A stretch of DNA of 35,528 nt from a virus (taxonomy: Duplodnaviria; Caudoviricetes), in IMG/VR virus record IMGVR_UViG_3300025389_000055, positions 1 through 35,528 of that record; one strand, written 5' to 3'. The notes beneath the pieces were generated by a model. The model saw nothing but the letters and a program-made list of their open reading frames with translations, did not search any database and had not been told where the DNA came from. Both the position numbers and the translations under genes were made by a program. Positions 1 to 10,693 of the stretch are shown here, in pieces; the first letter of the stretch is position 1; the number at the start of each line of letters is the position of its first letter.

Positions 1-239
1 CTATCAACGTATTCTCTAACCTACAGGTACAGACTAACGGTACTACGGTATTTACCAATACTAACGTCAGTGCTTCAGTCGGTTCTAAACGGCCTTATGC
101 CATCTTTCCGTACTTCCGTTCAGTGCTATTTATGAACGATTACGGGGTGTATGCCTTGGTTGGATCAACTACTTCTAAGTTGTCTGACCCATTAGACGGG
201 ATTGTGCCTTACATTGACTTTACCAAGCCGGTTACAGCA
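1..239. repeat. Terminal direct repeat, copy 1 (circular assembly overlap)
   Basis: Identical to 35290-35528 except T107/C35396 and C113/T35402. Confidence 0.97.
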
Positions 240-854
240 GGACAGGTATTGTTGAATAACATTCTGTGCTCGGCATTTAACTTTTACTATACGGGTGGTC
301 AGGGTGTCAGTAGCAGTAATCGTTATCTTCAAGCCGTGTTTTTTGAGAAAAAGTGGTTTTTAACTAGTGCAGACAACGCTTTATCGTATGTTACCTCTGC
401 TCCGGTAGGCGGCAAGATTAACCTGTATGGCACAAATGGTACTTCTTGTGTGCAGTTGTATAGCAACTTGGGTGCAAACATTGCGAGTTATGTACAGACC
501 GCATTGATGCCGATGGGTGATCCCATCCGCACTAAACAAGCATTAAAATTAGGTGTAGAAGCAACGCTGACCAACAACGCAATCATGTCTGTAACGGTAG
601 ACAGTGAAAGTGGTTCGAGTCCGACATATACTTTGACTGACTACACCAATTGGACGAATAATTTTGGTTCTGTGGTTGCTTGGTTGAACAATTCCTCTGC
701 TGAAGTGGGTTGGTATTCTTCTCAGGGCTATGTGTTGTATAAGAATGACGCACAGCAATACGGTAAGTATTTAGGCATGACCATTCAATCAAACAACGGT
801 CAATTTGTGATTAACGGTTTTGAGTTCGAGCATGAACTCAGAGTGAGGTTCTAA
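3..854 (+). CDS. C-terminal part of tail nozzle/DNA stabilisation protein (gene starts at 34161 and wraps; 660 aa total)
   Basis: Frame is continuous across the junction; follows the adaptor gene; beta-rich, as for P22 gp10/T7 gp12-position proteins. Confidence 0.75.
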   Translation: MNVFSNLQVQTNGTTVFTNTNVSASVGSKRPYAIFPYFRSVLFMNDYGVYALVGSTTSKLSDPLDGIVPYIDFTKPVTAGQVLLNNILCSAFNFYYTGGQGVSSSNRYLQAVFFEKKWFLTSADNALSYVTSAPVGGKINLYGTNGTSCVQLYSNLGANIASYVQTALMPMGDPIRTKQALKLGVEATLTNNAIMSVTVDSESGSSPTYTLTDYTNWTNNFGSVVAWLNNSSAEVGWYSSQGYVLYKNDAQQYGKYLGMTIQSNNGQFVINGFEFEHELRVRF

Positions 855-855
855 A

Positions 856-2757
856 ATGGCAGTTCCCTATTCGTTTCAAACGGCTGTTGGCTCGATTCCG
901 TTATCGCAATTAGATGCCAACTTTTCAACGTCTATTACCCTAGGCAATACGGCTGTCGTACTAGGCAATACCTACAGCACCATAGGTAATTTGACTCTAT
1001 CCAATGTCACGATCAGTAGTGGCAACGTCACGATTGTCACGTCTAACGTCACAACTGTGAATACGGTAAACCTGACTGTAACGGCTAATGCTGCGGTGGC
1101 AGGAAACGTAGCGATTACGGGTAATGTGAGCGTCAACGTAGCCAATGTCACGACTCTGAATACGGTGACTTCTACGGTAACAGGTAATCAGACAGTATTA
1201 GGCAATGTTACGATAGGTGGAAACATTGCTGTGACGGGTAACGTATTGAATCTCAATGTCACGGCTAATGCGTCTATTGGTGGCAATACGGTGATTACGG
1301 GCAACGTATCGGTGGGTACGTCATCAGCCAATTATCCAATGACTATATCCGGTACTACTAATCTGATTGGTACGGGATCAAATGTTAGTGCAACTTTTCT
1401 CAATACAAGTACCGGTCAGAATCCCACAACTCCCAATTACACGCCGCTATTTGTTTTACCAACGCAAATCAACAACGCGACAAGTGGAACAAATAACACC
1501 GGAGGAATAATTTCGCAACCCAATATAATTGGTTCTTCAACTGGAACTATCCAATGTTTAGGGGTTCAAGGTTTTCCAATTGCATATAGAACTGCATTAG
1601 GTCAAAGTGCTGTTACTGGAGGACAGTTTCAAGGTTATTTATATAATCCAGCAGATGTAACAACATCAGGTAGTCTTATTGGTGTTACTGGACAAGCAGG
1701 AATTGCGGTCACCGCAAATTCAACAGTAGTTGCATCAAGTATTTATGGCGGTAATTTATTAACAAATCAAAATCTTGCGACAACAACAAATAATTTTGCT
1801 GTCAATGCCGCTCCTGCAATTGGCTCTGTTGCAAACACATCCGTAATTACCGCAAATGCGTCAATTATGGCATCTGTGTTTACTGTGCCTGTTATTGGCA
1901 CAGGCGCAAACATTTCTGCCAACGTGACAACATTTTACGGCGTATTTAGTGCTGGCCCCACAGTTGGCGCAACATCAGGCTCAGGTGTTACCACTGTCGG
2001 TACTTTATACAATATGTATTTGGGTTCGCCTACCGTACAAACCACAGGTTCTATAGGTACACGTTGGGGGTTATACCAAACAGACAGTGCAGCGACTAAC
2101 TACTTTGCGGGTAAGGTAGGCATAGGTAATACAGCACCACTAACACAATTTACTGTTGATAATACGCAAAATGCCTCAACTGTCGCTCGCGTATATAACG
2201 GAAATTCTGGTTCTTTGGCAAACGCATTTTTCCAAGCGCAATCAAATGACGGCAATTTGTACATGGCTGCAAGCTCCACTGGTGGCGGAGGCGGTGGAGT
2301 TATTTATTACGATGGAACAAGTCAATTACTAATAAAAACCTATGGTGCTTATCCATTAACATTTGGAACAAGTAATACAGAACGTGGCCGTTTTGATTCT
2401 AGCGGCAACTTTATGGTGGGGACTCTAACTGCTGGAGCCACACTTACCGTTGCAGGTGCAGCATCATTCCAAGCACCAAAGACAGTCAATGCTTCAACAT
2501 ACACCATGTTGGCAGCAGATTCTTCACTCATAATTACAACCACAAGCTGTACGATTACGTTACTTGCAGCGTCTAGCTACACAGGACGTATTCTTTACGT
2601 CAAGAACGTGACGGCTAACTCTCTCACCAGTGCTTCTTCAAACGTAGTGCCATTAGGCTCTACAACGGCTGGAACCGCTATACTTGCAGCTACAGCAGGT
2701 AAATTCGCCATGCTGCAATCAGATGGCACAAACTGGATCACTATGATGGCTAACTAA
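856..2757 (+). CDS. Tail fibre/spike protein, 633 aa
   Basis: GNVTI-type beta repeats, GKVGIG and TERGRFDSSGN fibre motifs, C-terminal QSDGTNW domain. Confidence 0.8.
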   Translation: MAVPYSFQTAVGSIPLSQLDANFSTSITLGNTAVVLGNTYSTIGNLTLSNVTISSGNVTIVTSNVTTVNTVNLTVTANAAVAGNVAITGNVSVNVANVTTLNTVTSTVTGNQTVLGNVTIGGNIAVTGNVLNLNVTANASIGGNTVITGNVSVGTSSANYPMTISGTTNLIGTGSNVSATFLNTSTGQNPTTPNYTPLFVLPTQINNATSGTNNTGGIISQPNIIGSSTGTIQCLGVQGFPIAYRTALGQSAVTGGQFQGYLYNPADVTTSGSLIGVTGQAGIAVTANSTVVASSIYGGNLLTNQNLATTTNNFAVNAAPAIGSVANTSVITANASIMASVFTVPVIGTGANISANVTTFYGVFSAGPTVGATSGSGVTTVGTLYNMYLGSPTVQTTGSIGTRWGLYQTDSAATNYFAGKVGIGNTAPLTQFTVDNTQNASTVARVYNGNSGSLANAFFQAQSNDGNLYMAASSTGGGGGGVIYYDGTSQLLIKTYGAYPLTFGTSNTERGRFDSSGNFMVGTLTAGATLTVAGAASFQAPKTVNASTYTMLAADSSLIITTTSCTITLLAASSYTGRILYVKNVTANSLTSASSNVVPLGSTTAGTAILAATAGKFAMLQSDGTNWITMMAN

Positions 2758-2768
2758 GGGGTATAACA

Positions 2769-3182
2769 ATGGCAAATACTTACAACTGGAATATCGTACA
2801 ACTGGATTGTTTTCCTACTCACCCGCAGATACATACCGTGCATACCGTGCATTGGTCTTGCACTGCAATGAGTGACACCATCAATTCAGAGACAGGGCAA
2901 CCTTATCAAGCAACTACTCAAGGTGCTCAGTCTATTCAATATGTACCTACTAACACTTTTACTTCATTCGACAATCTAACGCATGATGAAGTGATTAACT
3001 GGGTGAAGAACGCTTTGCAGAACACCAACATCTATGGCCCGGAAGAAGAAGTGAATGGTGAAATGGTTCCCACCGTTATTACCAATCATCTCAATGCCTT
3101 ATATGGCAGTCTGGATCAAATGATTGCTGCACAGATCACACCACCTACCGTTAGACCTGCTTTGCCCTGGAGCACAACATGA
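2769..3182 (+). CDS. Fibre-associated protein (possible chaperone), 137 aa
   Basis: Directly after the fibre gene; VHW...F..LT.DEV..WV...LPW pattern typical of small fibre-adjacent phage proteins. Confidence 0.6.
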   Translation: MANTYNWNIVQLDCFPTHPQIHTVHTVHWSCTAMSDTINSETGQPYQATTQGAQSIQYVPTNTFTSFDNLTHDEVINWVKNALQNTNIYGPEEEVNGEMVPTVITNHLNALYGSLDQMIAAQITPPTVRPALPWSTT

Positions 3183-3520
3183 GTGTAAATGCCGCCTTCA
3201 CACCTACGGGTAATACTTTTGTATTGACGGCGGCAACCTCTGCGCCAACTCCGGTACAAGTCAACACGAATGGTGCTGCAAGCAACCAGTACCGGATTGT
3301 AAATTCTTCCACTACTCAAGGTTGTTTTTTGTCGTATTCACAGTCTAGTGCTACGGCAACAAGCAACTGCGTCATACCTATTGGTGGTGCATCAACCACT
3401 ACGCTTTACATCTTGCCCAATACGGACGAGATTATTACCTTTGTACCTGCTGCTTACTTCACTGCTATTACTTCATCCAACTCTGCTGTTCTTTACATCA
3501 CTCCTGGCGATGGGATGTAA
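3179..3520 (+). CDS. Small beta-rich virion protein, 113 aa (paralogue of 14151-14504)
   Basis: ATGA overlap with upstream gene; ends YITPGDGM. Confidence 0.65.
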   Translation: MSVNAAFTPTGNTFVLTAATSAPTPVQVNTNGAASNQYRIVNSSTTQGCFLSYSQSSATATSNCVIPIGGASTTTLYILPNTDEIITFVPAAYFTAITSSNSAVLYITPGDGM

Positions 3521-3523
3521 TCT

Positions 3524-5770
3524 ATGCTTAAAGTATCGGGCAACTTTGCAGGAAGTCTGACTTACCAAAGCACTTGGAACGCCAGTTCTAATGTGCCATT
3601 CCTGCAATCGTCTGTCGGTACTAAGGGTTTTTACTACGTAGTTTCTGTAGCAGGTAGCACCAATCTAAACGGCATCACTAACTGGAATGTGGGTGACTGG
3701 GCGGTATTTGACGGTAGTGTTTGGGAGAAGGTAGACAACAACAACGCTGTCACTTCAGTCAATGGACAGACAGGCGCGGTTGTTCTTAGTGCTGCTAACG
3801 TAGGAGCGGTGGCTAATACGGTCAATGTCATAGCCGGTGCAGGGTTGACTGGTGGTGGACAACTTACCGGCAATGTCACCATCAACATCAATACGAGTCC
3901 TGTGTCGGCAGGTACGTATGGTAGTTCACAAAACGTAGCACAGATTACAGTTAATGCACTTGGCATTATCACAAGTGTATCGAACGTCAGCATACCGCAG
4001 GGAACGGTTACTAACGTGCAGACGGGTACAGGTCTGACGGGTGGCCCAATTACTAGCACGGGAACGATTAGTCTAGCCAATACCTCTGTGACTGCGGGTA
4101 CATATACCTATGTCACATTGACGGTAGATGCTCAAGGTAGACTCACTGCTGCATCCAGCAATACTTCACCTGTGACTGCGGTGACGGCTACTGCACCCAT
4201 TCAGTCCTCTGGTGGAGCAACGCCTAACATCTCGATTACACAGGCAGGTGCTACCAGTAACGGCTACCTGTCTAGCACGGATTGGAATACGTTTAACAAT
4301 AAACAACCGAGCGGTACTTATGTAACGTCAGTCTCAGGTACAGCAGGTCAGATTGTGAGTAGCGGTGGTACAACTCCTGCAATCTCTCTGAACGCTACTT
4401 CGGTCAGTGCAGGTACGTATGGCTCTGCGCCTAATGTGGCTCAGATTACGGTAGATACCTATGGCCGCATTACCTCTGCCTCTAACGTAGCAATTGCCAT
4501 TCCGGTCAGCCAGGTATCCGGTGCAGTACCCAATACCATTAACATTACTACGGGTACGGGTTTAACGGGTGGTGGCAATTTATCTCAAAGCCGCACAATA
4601 AGTGTAATTCCAAACAGCACCAATCAAAACGTCACTGTTGATAACAACGGTGTATTGGTTGGCAGTCAACCTGCAATCAATTTAATACCCAGTGGTTTTG
4701 TCACGATTACGACAGTCAATGACACTACCAACAGTGCGGTAGCGGTTACGTTAGGTACAAGCGGCCTAGGCACGATGGCTACCCAAAACGCTAACGCGGT
4801 AGTGATTACGGGTGGCACGATCAACAACGTAACCATGAGTAATTCTACAATTACGGGTGGTACGATACAAAACGTAGCGTTGACGTTTGACAGTATTCAG
4901 AACACTCCAATTGGTAATGTCACGCCTAACGTGGGTGTGTTTACAACGCTCAATGCGTCTACCTCTACGATTACCAATCTGGCATCAGGTAACGTCACGA
5001 TTACAGGCGGTACAGCTAACTTTACTACTTTGAACGTAGCTTATAGTGGTGCGTCATCTAATATAGCCAGTTTTTCAGTAGGCGGGTTTGCCAACATTAC
5101 GGCAGACACCGGCATCATTGCTACATTTGTAGGCAATTCATCAACTTATGCGTATACGGCAGTTCAGAACAAACAGACAAGTGCAACCGCTTACGGCTCT
5201 TACTCTTTATACAATGACCTAGGCACGGCGTATGGTGACCTAGGCTTTAACAGTTCTACTTACAGCTATGCTTCGGCCGGTTTTCCAAACAATGCCTTTT
5301 CTGGCCCAAGCAATATGTTTTTGCAGTCAGGAAGCACTGACCTTGCAATAGGTACATTTTTAGCAAATGCCATACATTTGATTGCTAATGGCAACGTCAG
5401 TATTACAGATGCAATTACGGTTACGTCAAACAATCGTATTAGTCAGCAGTTAGAGATTGCGACTAAAAATGCAGCCTATACAATAACAACAAGTGATCTA
5501 ACAATACTGGCTAACGCTGCACCTGCACCTTTTACGGTGACTTTGCCCTCTGCATCAACAAGCGGCTCAGGTAGGCATTACGTTGTTAAGAAGATAGACG
5601 CTACAGCTAACACGGTAACAATTAGCACCACTAGTTCGCAGACAATTGATGGTGCAAGTACCTATGCCATTTCTACCCAATACTCAGGCGTACAAGTACA
5701 ATCTGACGGAAGTAATTGGTGGATTATTGCTAACCTCAATGGCCGTAATGGTACGGCGGGAACCTTCTAA
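3524..5770 (+). CDS. Second fibre protein, 748 aa
   Basis: VTSVNGQTG, GTGLTGG and three AGTY...ITV...G.IT repeats; C-terminal QSDGSNW domain. Confidence 0.8.
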   Translation: MLKVSGNFAGSLTYQSTWNASSNVPFLQSSVGTKGFYYVVSVAGSTNLNGITNWNVGDWAVFDGSVWEKVDNNNAVTSVNGQTGAVVLSAANVGAVANTVNVIAGAGLTGGGQLTGNVTININTSPVSAGTYGSSQNVAQITVNALGIITSVSNVSIPQGTVTNVQTGTGLTGGPITSTGTISLANTSVTAGTYTYVTLTVDAQGRLTAASSNTSPVTAVTATAPIQSSGGATPNISITQAGATSNGYLSSTDWNTFNNKQPSGTYVTSVSGTAGQIVSSGGTTPAISLNATSVSAGTYGSAPNVAQITVDTYGRITSASNVAIAIPVSQVSGAVPNTINITTGTGLTGGGNLSQSRTISVIPNSTNQNVTVDNNGVLVGSQPAINLIPSGFVTITTVNDTTNSAVAVTLGTSGLGTMATQNANAVVITGGTINNVTMSNSTITGGTIQNVALTFDSIQNTPIGNVTPNVGVFTTLNASTSTITNLASGNVTITGGTANFTTLNVAYSGASSNIASFSVGGFANITADTGIIATFVGNSSTYAYTAVQNKQTSATAYGSYSLYNDLGTAYGDLGFNSSTYSYASAGFPNNAFSGPSNMFLQSGSTDLAIGTFLANAIHLIANGNVSITDAITVTSNNRISQQLEIATKNAAYTITTSDLTILANAAPAPFTVTLPSASTSGSGRHYVVKKIDATANTVTISTTSSQTIDGASTYAISTQYSGVQVQSDGSNWWIIANLNGRNGTAGTF

Positions 5771-5991
5771 TGGAAAGCCAGCAATTATTTGATTATGCCG
5801 TAACGGGTGGTGCGTTCCTAGCCGGATGGATTGTGAACAACATCTACAAGGCAGTAAAGTCATTGGAAGATGAGATGAAGGACTTTCCGCATACCTATGT
5901 GATGAAAGAGGATTACAAGACTGACATTGCTGAGATCAAGATGATGTTAAGCAAGATATTTGATGAACTGAAGCTAAAGGCAGATAAGTAA
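5770..5991 (+). CDS. Small membrane-anchored coiled-coil protein, 73 aa
   Basis: TAATG coupling; N-terminal hydrophobic segment followed by a charged helix. Confidence 0.65.
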   Translation: MESQQLFDYAVTGGAFLAGWIVNNIYKAVKSLEDEMKDFPHTYVMKEDYKTDIAEIKMMLSKIFDELKLKADK

Positions 5992-6332
5992 TGGATTACG
6001 ATGCCTTATCCTATGTCAAGTTTGGTGATAAGGACTCATTAGGCGTGTTTTTGTTTGAAAACGGGTTACAGCATCAAAGATTTAGGGAAACTTTCTTTAG
6101 AAAGGGCATAAAAGTACCTGCATACCCCTTAATTGATGCCGATGTAAGCAACCTGGATGACTGGTTATTGGCGCACCAGGACGAGCATCAGAGCTTTGCA
6201 AATCTGTTAGGATTAGACAATCCTTTCAATATGTTAGACGTAGATTGGAATGTGGAAGAAGATTTTTACGACTGGTTGGCCAGTCATTTATACATTCATG
6301 AACAAATAGCACAGGCGTTGAATTTATCATGA
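5991..6332 (+). CDS. Hypothetical acidic protein, 113 aa
   Basis: TAATG coupling; internal repeat DWL..H...H. Confidence 0.7.
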   Translation: MDYDALSYVKFGDKDSLGVFLFENGLQHQRFRETFFRKGIKVPAYPLIDADVSNLDDWLLAHQDEHQSFANLLGLDNPFNMLDVDWNVEEDFYDWLASHLYIHEQIAQALNLS

Positions 6333-6814
6333 CCCCTTCCCAACAAAATTTGAATGTTGCATCGCAACAAGATATGGCTGTACTTGATCAGGTCAAGAAG
6401 GAGAGAGGTGCGCCTGAGCGAATGACAACTGAACAGATATTGCAAAAAGCGTTTGCAGGTACAAATCAAAACCCATTGCAATTTCAAACGGCATTAGCTC
6501 AGTTAGTCAAAACAGACCCTAATTTTAGAGTAGCTCGGTCAGGCAATACATTGTTTATGTATTACAACAAAGGCAATGGACACGTAGAAATTATGATGGA
6601 AACAGCAGATAAACCAAAAGATTTGATTGCTGCTTTAGCTGATTCTGTCAAAGCAGGTAAAGTCGCTGGATTCAAGACTGGTGCGTTTGACGTTGATAAT
6701 CTTTTAATACTCAAAGCCTTACAGATGGCGGGTGTAAAGTATACTTTGCAACCAGGGGAAGGGGTAATGGAAGATGGGCAAACCCCTCAACAAATAGCTA
6801 TTTTGGAGTTCTAA
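6329..6814 (+). CDS. Hypothetical protein preceding the ejection genes, 161 aa
   Basis: ATGA overlap; occupies a T7 gp13-like position; function not evident. Confidence 0.6.
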   Translation: MTPSQQNLNVASQQDMAVLDQVKKERGAPERMTTEQILQKAFAGTNQNPLQFQTALAQLVKTDPNFRVARSGNTLFMYYNKGNGHVEIMMETADKPKDLIAALADSVKAGKVAGFKTGAFDVDNLLILKALQMAGVKYTLQPGEGVMEDGQTPQQIAILEF

Positions 6815-6815
6815 C

Positions 6816-8132
6816 ATGGGTGGAGCCGTTAAAGCAGTTACTAAAGTTGTGAAAAGTGTTGCTAAAGCTGTTGCTTCACCTGTTAAAACAATCACAACAG
6901 TAGTGTCTAAAGCTGTAAATACTGTGACAAAAACTGTTGAAGCGGTTGTACACAATCCTTTGCCTGTTATTGAAACGGCTGCGTTGACCGTAGCACTTGG
7001 CCCTGCTGGACTCAATTTAGCAGGTGGGATTACGGCTGCAACGGGTGCAAGTGCGGCTACGGCTACTGCTGCTACTGCTGCGGTGACTCAGGCTGCTGTG
7101 GCTGCTGCCAATGGTGGTAATGTAGAAAATATTGCTAAAGCTGCTGTAGCTGCTGGTGTTGGTTCTGTAGCAAGTCAAGCAACCACTCAGGCGTTGTCTC
7201 CTACTCCTACTCCCACTGCGAGTGTAGCGGCTGCTCCTGTACCGACTCCTGCTGTATCGCCATTAGTGCAAATTGCTGCCTCTGCGGTAGGTGCATCGAC
7301 TACTGCTACGGTAGCGGCAATTGAATCTGGCAAACCTTTAGATCAAGCATTGCAAACTGGCGTACAAGCTGCGGCTACTTCAGTAGCAAGTTCTGCTGTG
7401 TCTCAAGCAACGCAAGCAGCACAGCAACAAGTAGCACAAGCATTGCCGGCTGCAAGTGATACTTTGGCTCAAGTTAAAGCTGCGGTTCAGCCGGTAACAG
7501 ATGTTGTGCAGTCTGCCGTTCAAGCAGTTGATCCTGCGGTGCAAGCGGTTAAGCAAGCCTTACCGTCTACAACTGAAGTCAAACAAGCATTAGCACCTGT
7601 CACACAACCTGTAGGGCAAGCAGTTCAAGCGGTAGCGCAACCAGTTAAACAAGCCGCACAGACAGTAGCGGAAACAGCCAAGCCTGTAGTACAAGCAGTT
7701 GCGGAACCCATTAAACAAGCTGGACAAGCTGTAAGCGAAGCAGCACAACCAGTAATACAAGCTGCTAAGGATATTATCCCTGCTAAGTCTGATCTACCTC
7801 AGATACCTACCAGTGCTTTGAAAACCGCACAAACTGCGGGTGACATTGTAGCGTCAGACATAACGGGTGCAGCACAGTCAGGATTAAAGTCTGGTTTACA
7901 AGATGTATTGTTTGGACAAACACCTACTCCATCTAGCACGCCATCAAGCACACCAGCATTAGCTGCATCTGCACCGCCCACTCAGACACAAGCCTCTCCT
8001 GGTTCTGCTGCATTAGCACAGGCATTGAACGTAGGTGACTTAAGTACGCCTCTCTTTGACAAGACAGGTGGTAAGCCTAAGAATGTGTGGAACCAAGCCT
8101 CTTTACGGGTAAAAGACGAGACAGGAGCCTAA
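6816..8132 (+). CDS. Putative internal virion (ejection) protein, 438 aa
   Basis: Ala/Val/Gln-rich, amphipathic repeats (QAVAQPVKQAA); position in operon. Confidence 0.65.
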   Translation: MGGAVKAVTKVVKSVAKAVASPVKTITTVVSKAVNTVTKTVEAVVHNPLPVIETAALTVALGPAGLNLAGGITAATGASAATATAATAAVTQAAVAAANGGNVENIAKAAVAAGVGSVASQATTQALSPTPTPTASVAAAPVPTPAVSPLVQIAASAVGASTTATVAAIESGKPLDQALQTGVQAAATSVASSAVSQATQAAQQQVAQALPAASDTLAQVKAAVQPVTDVVQSAVQAVDPAVQAVKQALPSTTEVKQALAPVTQPVGQAVQAVAQPVKQAAQTVAETAKPVVQAVAEPIKQAGQAVSEAAQPVIQAAKDIIPAKSDLPQIPTSALKTAQTAGDIVASDITGAAQSGLKSGLQDVLFGQTPTPSSTPSSTPALAASAPPTQTQASPGSAALAQALNVGDLSTPLFDKTGGKPKNVWNQASLRVKDETGA

Positions 8133-8133
8133 T

Positions 8134-9198
8134 ATGGCAAAGACTTTGATGAAGGCTTTACATACCGAAATGTCAGCCGACCTACCGGCGGTTGCTGCTC
8201 TCTTGCAAAAGAAAGGGCGAGGCAAAGACACGATTTTGGCTCACATTACTCCTAAAGAAGCTGCGTTACTTAAGCAACGTGGTGGTAGAGGTTCTAAGAA
8301 CCCTGATACGGGATTGCTTGAGTTTGAGGGTGCTGACGAAACAATTCAGTTAGGAGAGGGTTTTACTGGAACACCTGCTCAAACGGAAACGGCGTACGGT
8401 CTGCCTCAAGATGTTGGTGCGGCTGCGGCAGGACAACCTGCACCAGAGCCTACTAATGTAGCGGCGGCTTTTCCTCAAGTGTCGTTTGCGGGTTCACCTG
8501 CTGAACCTGCGCCGCCATCAACAAATGTGCCGCAAGCTATGGCTATGCCGCCTACAACGGTTCCACAAGCATTTCAAACTCCCGCAGGTCAGGCAATAGC
8601 TGCACAAGATTTAGCAGGATTGCAACGTGAATACACGGGTGCTGTTCAGCCTCCTGCACCGGCAAAAGAAAAGAGTTTCCTAGACAGTCTTGGTTTGGGT
8701 GGTATATCGGGTGGTCAGGCATTAGGTGGTGCTGTATTAGGTGGTTTAGGTGCTTTACAGGCTAGACAAGCTGCACAGCAAGGACAACAGGCTAAACAGG
8801 AGTTACTGGCACAAGCACAACCATATAGAGAGCAGGGTGCTCGACAAGTGGCTCAAGCACAGGCTGGTCAACTATCTCCTGCATCTCAACAGGCTTATCA
8901 AGCCGCTCAAGCTAGGGCTGCTCAAGCAGGACAGGCTGCCGGTGGTGGTGTAGGTGTGGTTCAAAGTCAAGCTGCACTAGAACAACTACGTCAACAGCTA
9001 TTACAAGGCGATCTAAACATTGGCCTACAGATACAAGCTATTGGTGACAAGATTGCTCAGGGTGCTATTTCTGCCGGACTACAAGCAGATCAGTATGTGA
9101 ATACCTTGACTGGTAATTACGCAATGAATGTTGGACGTGTATTGATGGGTACTACACCACAAACACCGGGAACGCAAACTCAAACGGCGGTGACTTGA
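8134..9198 (+). CDS. Putative internal virion (ejection) protein, 354 aa
   Basis: N-terminal GRGKDTILAHITPKE...NPDTGLLEF motif common in phage virion proteins; Gly-rich hydrophobic segment followed by Gln/Ala helix. Confidence 0.65.
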   Translation: MAKTLMKALHTEMSADLPAVAALLQKKGRGKDTILAHITPKEAALLKQRGGRGSKNPDTGLLEFEGADETIQLGEGFTGTPAQTETAYGLPQDVGAAAAGQPAPEPTNVAAAFPQVSFAGSPAEPAPPSTNVPQAMAMPPTTVPQAFQTPAGQAIAAQDLAGLQREYTGAVQPPAPAKEKSFLDSLGLGGISGGQALGGAVLGGLGALQARQAAQQGQQAKQELLAQAQPYREQGARQVAQAQAGQLSPASQQAYQAAQARAAQAGQAAGGGVGVVQSQAALEQLRQQLLQGDLNIGLQIQAIGDKIAQGAISAGLQADQYVNTLTGNYAMNVGRVLMGTTPQTPGTQTQTAVT

Positions 9199-9199
9199 T

Positions 9200-10693
9200 A
9201 TGGCCTTAGATGAAAGTTTAGGCGTAACGCTACCCAACATTCCTTTTGGTGGAAAACCTGGTGCTGCTGGAGAGGCGTATCAAAAGTTTCTAAAAGAGAA
9301 CGAGCCACGCGCACAACAAGGTAGACAAGCCAAAGAAGAATTAGAACTAGGCAAATCGCAAGTGCCGATGCAAGTGCAAGCGGGTGTTGCAGGTGCAAAG
9401 GCTGCTGGTGCGGAAGAAACGGCAAGACAAATACGTGATATGCCAGAATTAGCTGAGTTCAAAGAAAAGGTTAAGTCACGCCCTGCTTTTGTGCCTACGC
9501 AAGAATCAGCTAAAGACATTATGAATTTGTTTACCCTGACCACTGTAATTGGTTTTGCATTAGGTGGTGCAGGAAAGACTCATGCACAGCAAGCATTGTC
9601 TGCTATGAATGGCATGGTAGAAGGCCATCTTAAGGGTCGGGATGATCTTTATAAACGAGAGAAAGACATTTACGATGAAAACATGAAGGCTCTTGATCGT
9701 ATGATTGAAGGCCTTAAAACCGAGATAGCACAAGGTACTGAAGTAGCAAAATTGGGTGGTACTGCGGCTACTGAAAAGAATACCCAAGCGGCTTATTCAA
9801 AGGGTGCTACATCTTTAGGCGAGTTAGCTAAAAAACTGCCGTTGGTCGCTTTCAATGACAATTTTAATGAAATAGCAAAGAATTGGGCAAAAGTTACAGA
9901 GGGCGCACAAAAAGAAGAAGAACGTGCTGCTACAGCAAAAGCTGCTATGGATCGCGTTATATATGAGCGCACACATCCAACAGTCACGCCTGAGTTTAAA
10001 GAAGTGCAAGTTAAAAAAGCAGATGGTTCTACAGTGCTTGGTTCATTTAATGCTAGAACCGGACAATACGTAGATCAAAATGGACAACCAATTTCTGATG
10101 CAGTCAGTGCAACAACTGTAGCTGCACCTGGAACTGGAACGGCAAAGGCTCAACAAACCGCAGAGCGTGTGTTGCAAGCTGACGTAGGAAACGCTAAATT
10201 TAATTTAGAAAATTTATACCAAGTTGGCAAGAAAACAGGAAAATTGCCAGGTGCATCTGATGCTTTTCTTAATAATTTTAAGGGCAGCATAATATCTGAC
10301 ATAACACGTTATGCAACTTATTCAACGATTGATAAAGGCTTGCAAGGAAATGACGCATTATTGCTTAATATGGCGTATGACATAGCATCAGCAGGTACAG
10401 GTGGACGTGGTGCATTGTCAGACGCAAAAGTTAAAGCTGTAGCAGCACAGATACCACTAGAAGGTGAGGCAGAAAGTGTAAAGCGCACTAAGTGGAACGC
10501 ATTAGTACAACGTGTTGTTGAAGCAAACAAAACGCTACCAGAAGATAAACGTATTGAATTACCCAAAGATTTGGTTGATTACTTTCAAAAAGGTGAATCT
10601 ACATCTGCACCCAAAGAAGGCGATAAATCAACATCAAAAAGCGGAAAACCAATTATCTATCGCAACGGTGCATGGCATTACGAGGGTGAATAA
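9200..10693 (+). CDS. Putative internal virion (ejection) protein, 497 aa
   Basis: Long helical ORF with one hydrophobic segment; position in operon. Confidence 0.6.
   Translation: MALDESLGVTLPNIPFGGKPGAAGEAYQKFLKENEPRAQQGRQAKEELELGKSQVPMQVQAGVAGAKAAGAEETARQIRDMPELAEFKEKVKSRPAFVPTQESAKDIMNLFTLTTVIGFALGGAGKTHAQQALSAMNGMVEGHLKGRDDLYKREKDIYDENMKALDRMIEGLKTEIAQGTEVAKLGGTAATEKNTQAAYSKGATSLGELAKKLPLVAFNDNFNEIAKNWAKVTEGAQKEEERAATAKAAMDRVIYERTHPTVTPEFKEVQVKKADGSTVLGSFNARTGQYVDQNGQPISDAVSATTVAAPGTGTAKAQQTAERVLQADVGNAKFNLENLYQVGKKTGKLPGASDAFLNNFKGSIISDITRYATYSTIDKGLQGNDALLLNMAYDIASAGTGGRGALSDAKVKAVAAQIPLEGEAESVKRTKWNALVQRVVEANKTLPEDKRIELPKDLVDYFQKGESTSAPKEGDKSTSKSGKPIIYRNGAWHYEGE

Noticed and set aside
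2832-2852. 9-bp tandem repeat CATACCGTG (HTVHTVH)
   Set aside because: Short in-frame duplication with no sign of a variable array
3634-4080. 148-aa and other antisense ORFs within structural genes
   Set aside because: Shadow frames of biased codon usage; no RBS or motifs
7400-7780. Repetitive CAAGC-rich DNA resembling an array
   Set aside because: Explained by Gln/Ala/Val/Pro helical repeats in the protein; no fixed repeat-spacer pattern, so not CRISPR
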